A DNA stretch of 61,149 bases, counting the filler, from Sphacelaria rigidula (taxonomy: Eukaryota), in NCBI GenBank assembly GCA_964200075.2. It is 7 parts of 7 records of this genome, joined end to end, with 100 filler letters (N's around TTAATTAATTAA, not from the genome) between each part and the next. Parts side by side here need not be neighbours in the genome. Positions count along the whole stretch, not along the records: positions 52,501 to 61,149 come from CAXNAA020010489.1; 6 more parts are not named here. The stretch is one strand, 5' to 3'. Every line of letters begins with the position of its first letter. Positions within the stretch are counted from its first letter, which is position 1. Under the pieces are notes generated by a model. It did no database searches. It had not been told where the DNA came from and worked only from the letters and a program-made list of their open reading frames with translations. The position numbers and the translations under genes are program-made. Below, in pieces: positions 55,501 to 61,149 of the stretch.

Positions 55501-58500
55501 TCACCGACATAGTACAGACGGAAAGCATTACCTGCTTGCGTGGGGTCATCCTTGTAGGCATGAGCACCCGAATCAGTGTCGAAGTGACCCAGTGACAGTT
55601 TGCCTGTGACTGGACGGTTTGGGACAGGTGTGTCCGACGTATATGTGTGTGTGGAAAAACGAAACCAACTATCTCGACCCAACAAAACATCAAAAGACAT
55701 GGAACCGTCGGGCGCAATTCGTGCCCATACGGATAACCGAGCAGGGGGAGTAGTATCCTGGTAGAATTGTACACTTAGCCTCACCGATTGATCAACCGTA
55801 AGAGATGTGGAGGAACCAAACTCACCAAAAACACGAGGGTGCACGGTGAACAGACACTGCTCGTCCGCCGCGCCCGCGTTGATCATCTGTTGCCAGCAGC
55901 TGGCTGTAATGAACGTTTAAGGCGAACCTAAGTCTGGAAGTGCAAGGGCTATCAAATGACAGTTTGCACGCGCTCCACTATGTAAACCTATCTTGGTCGT
56001 GAAAGAAGCATCATCCATAGTTGCAGTACCACTGACAAAATCGGGCCCGAATTCGGGTAAGACATCTGACACACCCTGCTTTGCGTTTTGAATGAAGGTG
56101 CTAAAATACACCCGTTGATGATCCTGTGGGACAAGTGTTTGGTCGGAAGGATGGTGCGTGCATGGAGTGTCAGTGTTTGTGCCTGAAATATTTGTCTCAT
56201 CAGTCGAGGGTTGAATCTCATATACTGCAACGGAGGGGCGATGCCGAGGAAGGCCAGTTGTCGTGGTTGGACCCGACAACTGATTTGTGCGTGGTGTTTC
56301 ACCCTTATTGGCCAACAGAGGGGGCGAATCGTCATTGTGCAAAGCGGGATCAACTACATTATCCAGCTTGGTCAGAACGGGGGATGATCCATCGGGGCGC
56401 GGTGTTGAGTTTGATACGCCGATCAACACAATACCTTCACAAGTTAGGACCAACATGGGAGGTTTTAGAGACGATTCGTCAGGACGCGGGGTTGGTAGAG
56501 CTGTGCTGTTCGACCCGGCGTCCATTAAAGGGGCCAACGTGGGGGAGTCAGGAGACGAGTCGTCTTGCGTAACACTTTGTCTGCCTGGTGACGAACACAC
56601 GATTGGGGTATCTTCATGACTTGGATGCGAACGTCCATGAGACGGCGAAGTCTCTGTCCCTACAGACGGCAACACTTCATCGGAAATGGGTTCTAAAGCA
56701 GTGCACGAGGGGTGGTCAGGGAACTGTAACGATCTGTTCAAAATCTGGGGAGTACCGGCCTGTTCCCCTCTAAGATTTTCATCTGTTTGAGCCCACACGC
56801 AATCTCTTCCTTGGAGTTCACGTGCGCTTGCTACATCAGGGTTATCTACATGATCATCTGGAGGAGCCCGCCTAGGGTGACGCGTATAGCGCGCGAAAGG
56901 GTCATCGGCTCCAGGAGCTATTAAAATGAGTTCTCGGACAGTCGAACCTAGGTCACGCTCTTGGCGCACCACCTGAGTCCCTGTCACTTGGGGTTCTATT
57001 CCAACCCGTTGAGCGATGGAAAGTATGGGTTCTTTGCGATTGCGACCCTTCAAGGAACAATTACGCTCATAAAACAAAATGGAACCGGGTACCGTAGTTT
57101 TTGCGGAACTAGGTAGGGTGGTTAGCCAGGCACTCGAGCAGCTGGGGGGTGCTTAAGTGTGTGGCTTTGCATTTGGTATCCTCCACTGAACAGGCGAAGG
57201 AGCAGCGTCTACCGTACCAGAAGATATTTCGGCTCCGGGTGCGTCAGAAACTGCACTACATGACTTTCTCTCTCCCGAAAAGAAAGGATTCGATTGAATA
57301 TGATTAGTACCGGGTGGATGTAAAACTGGGTGATCAAATCCAAAATTAGAACGTTGGGTTTGATCATTGCTCAATTGATAGCCATGCAATGGTGCACGGG
57401 CCTCGACTGTCTTGGAACCCTTCAAGGCCGTGTCAGCAAATTTAGGCAATCCATACCACATGATTGAACCGGCGGTGGCCGCCGTCGATTCACGTGTGTG
57501 ATGTATGTGACCTGGCCGAGCGAAAGAATATTGTTGGACATAAAGTTATTGGATGCTTCTGCGATGAGTTACCGGTCATTGTTTATCGCTAATTGTGGAA
57601 TTTTACCAACTAATGAGAAATGAATGGTAATCAGAAGTGGAAAATGAACAGGCAGGTGGTGGCGCTTAGGTTTTGGGCTACGCAACGCGTCCTGGGTTAC
57701 CCCACTGGACGCTATTCGGGATATCCGGAACTTGTAGAACGTTCGCAAAAGTTGTCAAGTTGTTAGGTGAGCATCAGTGTTGTGTGGGTACCGTCCTGGC
57801 GGGGTTCAGCCTCAGCACTAGGTCCTCTCATGTACAAACGTCTACCGTTTTGTGATTGGGCCGGTGAATGTGGTTGAAAGTGTACCAGGTCAGGTGGTTC
57901 AGGCGTTGGACAACGTTAGCGGTTACCAGTACCGTCGACTTGGTTGTCGCGGTCGGGGCGATGTAGGCGACCGTACCAACGCAGCTGTGACTGCCAGGCT
58001 TGCCAACATAGTGAAAAATGGTGCGAAGCTTTTCAGTATATTTTTACTATCAGCTTACATTCTTGCCCCGCAATTTCCAGAGCCTTCGTGGATTCGCGTA
58101 TCGCGCGTTCTAGTCCGCCCTTTTCCGTTGGCTTTTTCTCGGGGTGCACATCTACCATACGGGGGGCCTGCGTGGGCTCCTGGACCCCTGGAAAACCATC
58201 ACGTTGACCCGCCTCGAGGCGGGCAAATTCCAAGTCTGTCAGCACGGTTATTCTGTTCGAGACTGTTGTTTCGAATCTGGTGCCAGCACTCAGTTTGTTC
58301 CGCCACCAAAAAATTGTACCAATGGCGCGGGGGAATGAAGGCTGGGCGACTTTGCCTAAGCCGGTGGTATGCTTCGTCACGCGTGGGCGGGGATTGTTTC
58401 GATTTGGGCGGCGTATCAACAGCCAGAGTGGGACAATTACGGGGTTCTGCACCAGATTGGGTGCGGAGGTCATCGTCAAGAAAAGTTTCCGTAGCATTAG

Positions 58501-58522
58501 GGCTCACGTGAAGAGATGCCAT
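52549..58522 (-). mobile_element. Decayed Ty3/Gypsy LTR retrotransposon internal region (gag-like, PR, RT, RNase H, start of IN)
   Basis: Domain order is PR (ALPDLGSP*TFI, FDVLLGRD), RT (PYRTNP, SPWAS, YQRLN, FDMQSGYHQ, PQG, YLDD, EFLGH), RNase H (LHTDSS, YLSR, TDHKSL, QRW, DFLSRLP), then the IN Zn-binding start (CHSQASIHLG), which is the Gypsy order. Stops, frameshifts and a deletion are present. Confidence 0.93.
53605..55950 (-). pseudogene. Gypsy pol (protease - reverse transcriptase - RNase H) pseudogene
   Basis: ORFs 54639..55886 and 53805..54593 are in the same frame. Stops at 55917 and 54639; the RNase H segment between 'WSIVE' and 'TDHKSL' is deleted. Confidence 0.92.
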
Positions 58523-60833
58523 CTGAGAATGAAAAGGGAGAACACCGTCAGGGTTTTGAGTGGCTGGTTGGTGTACAGGGGAGTGTACACCAAGGGGTGT
58601 GGGGTGAGCATGTGGAGGAGGATTGTAGTCTCAATCCACACTCACGTCCCTGAAAATGCGTCCTGCAACAACGCCATCATCAACATCAAAACGTTCCGGT
58701 TCGTTGTCGCCAACCGTCTCACTACGCATGGTTGTACGGTTGTTTCACCACTGTCTGAAGGAAGCGCACCGTCCCTGGTGACATCGTGCTCAGATGAAGT
58801 CGGAGGGCGGTTGACATCAGACATGGCTTGTAACCTGCGCAAATACGTAAGACTGATAACGTAGAATACGAAGGTTGAACAGTGAACGTCTCGTCGTGGG
58901 GGTCGGCACATATAGAGTTGGACTGAGGTGTGGACAAAATAAAGGGAATAGAGTGGCCGAGTACTGTCGACCGTGTTTGATCGACATGTAGCGCGCACTC
59001 CGGACATGCATGCGGTCTACAACCTTTTCAATCAGGTGCAGACGAAGGGGAAAATAATGTAGAAGGCTCACGACAAACAGTATTTTTTTGTGTGTTGGTG
59101 GATAAACTGTAAAAACAAAGAGACAAGAAGAAAACGACGGTTGTCACAATCAACAATCATACAGTGACTGTCACCAGCGCAACAGCGCATTTGACAAACC
59201 TGCACGCCATGAAGGGATACGTGTGGGGCGATACGTGTGGGGCGCAGCGAACAGCACCGTCAAACCACCCAGTTCTGTTTTGAGAACATGTTGAGGTTGA
59301 GAAAAAAAAAATCCTCTGTCGCATCCCGTATATGTATGGGGAAATGCCCGCGAAGCTCGCGATACTCATTACCGTACCGCGTAGTTCGCTGAGACTAGCC
59401 GAGTAGAGGTTTCGATGGCGTGTCATGGCTCAGGTAGACAATCAATAGATGTACAAGCACAACCGTAAGACAGATGTTATGTAGTGCAGTGCAGACAGCA
59501 GCGTACAAAGCACCGGACAGCAAAATGCTGGGTAGCACAGTACAGTACATATGGTCTTCGCGTGATTCAGCGAAGGGTCGGGTCAACAGTGCAGTACAAA
59601 TGTCAATTTGTTCGTATCACACGAAGAACACCCGACACAGCACTATACCCACGCAGTGTGCGATCATATCTACAATGCAACATAGATAACTTTGTTCAGA
59701 TAGGGCAGCAGTACCAACGTATGCTACAGCACGCCATCTCACCGTCCGCAAACATATTGACCGCCGAGACCACTTGTAACTCAAACGGTACTGTACTGTG
59801 GTCTGTACTTCAATTCGGAACATTTTTTCAGCGCAGGATGTATCCCGCATTCTGGAGGATTGGTACGTGCTGTAGCGGTTATATACTGGTACTGTGTAAA
59901 AATGAACATAGATACAGAATCGGGAGCTTGTGTACAAGAAGTAGGAGCCTCGCCCTTGTTTATTCGTGCTCGTGTTCAGACAGGTTCATCCTGCTGAACC
60001 ATACGTGAGATCGGTGGGATCTCGATGTACTGGGCGGCCACCATGTTCCGTGTTTAAAAAACAAGAAATCCTTGCTGCACAACGGCGGACTGAGATTGAA
60101 ATATCTCGAGTACTCTCCGCCTGCAGGTATGAATCGACGTGTGTTGGACACATGTCGATCGGTTCGGTTGATACAGGATTGAGGGACGGGGAGCGGGGGC
60201 GCTTGCGGGGCGCTGGGTTGAGAAATCTTTGAAAAACCCACGGGCCCGTAAGGGGCAGATCTAAACAAGAACATGTGAGCGGCTGTATTTTCCGAGAGCC
60301 GCCCGTGGGTGAAAATGAAACAACAGTTCAGACCGAGTGTGCATGAAGAAGCGATGCGCCCTTTGCGCCGTGCATAACGTTGTTAGGAAGAGCGCATCCG
60401 CCACAGTAGGTTGGCTTGCACCGTCGGTATGGCCTGCAGGTGGGGGGGAAGTTGGTTGTGCCGCAAGAGAGGGCTTGCGTGTGTGCGCGTACCTTAGGCG
60501 CCTGATGGTTCGGTCGCCATTGCCTAAAACCAGCGTGGATACTGTATGACACATCGAAGATCTGCGGCTAGACTCGAGTCGGAATGTCTCAAACTCCAAC
60601 TGAAAAAAAACAGCTGTTCAAGAAGCAAAATACCCGAGTGTGTGTGATCACATCGATAAATCGTGTATATGAATATCAAGTGAAAATCAAGAACCGAAAA
60701 TACAAGACTTTAAAAAACAAACGTGAGCTTGTGTTTGGCTGATGCGTAAACAGCGACCGAGCGAGAGAGAAAACCCTACAGCTCGAATAAAACAAGCTAC
60801 CTTGAAGCCCCAATCTGTAATAGTATAGCACTA

Positions 60834-61149
60834 AACACTATATTCGTGAGATTCAGAACGTAGTTCCAGATTCAGAGTGGATGCTCTAGCGTTCCTGACA
60901 GGCAACTTTTTGTTTTTTGCTTGAGCACACGTCCTGTGCATGCAGCTACCGTACACTACCACATTCGAGGAATTCGGCGGTCTGGTTCGTGAGATACCAC
61001 ACAAAGCATTTTCACGCCTGGGGGACATTTCGGAACTGAAATTGTTTCAGGCACTAATCGTTTTTTCCTGAAAGGGGGGATCTTTTGTTGCAGTGGACTG
61101 ACTACGTCGTTGTGATCATGTGATGTGTCAAATTGATCGTGTAGGTGAC
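60834..61149. repeat. Interspersed repeat copy B (contig 7 end)
   Basis: Highly similar to 52077..52400. Confidence 0.9.

Noticed and set aside
58590-59155. 5' LTR and primer-binding site of the Gypsy element (TGTTG start on the minus strand)
   Set aside because: No second LTR in the contig and no convincing PBS, so the boundaries cannot be supported

Overview
Eukaryotic, repeat-rich nuclear DNA, most likely from a brown alga (Phaeophyceae). This is inferred from short GT-AG exons in roughly 0.4-2.6 kb introns, an axonemal dynein, a heterokont-type bipartite presequence and the repeat landscape. The window is not one locus. It is seven contigs of 8651, 8651, 8650, 8650, 8649, 8649 and 8649 nt joined by artificial N44-TTAATTAATTAA-N44 linkers, so adjacency across linkers means nothing. 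Confident contents: 8 phase-consistent exons of an axonemal dynein heavy chain (+, 9096-17402), the first 7 exons of gamma-tubulin (-, 51087-44323) and a decayed Ty3/Gypsy gag-pol (-, ~52549-58522). Less certain contents: two orphan multi-exon genes, an importin-11-like exon, a spliced pseudogene, Ty1/copia and LINE relics, a tRNA-derived SINE family and many nested MITEs. The best novelty candidate is a ~273-nt near gap-free foldback inside a dynein intron (13178-13450) that resembles a brown-algal intronic miRNA precursor. I found no support for a new multi-gene system.
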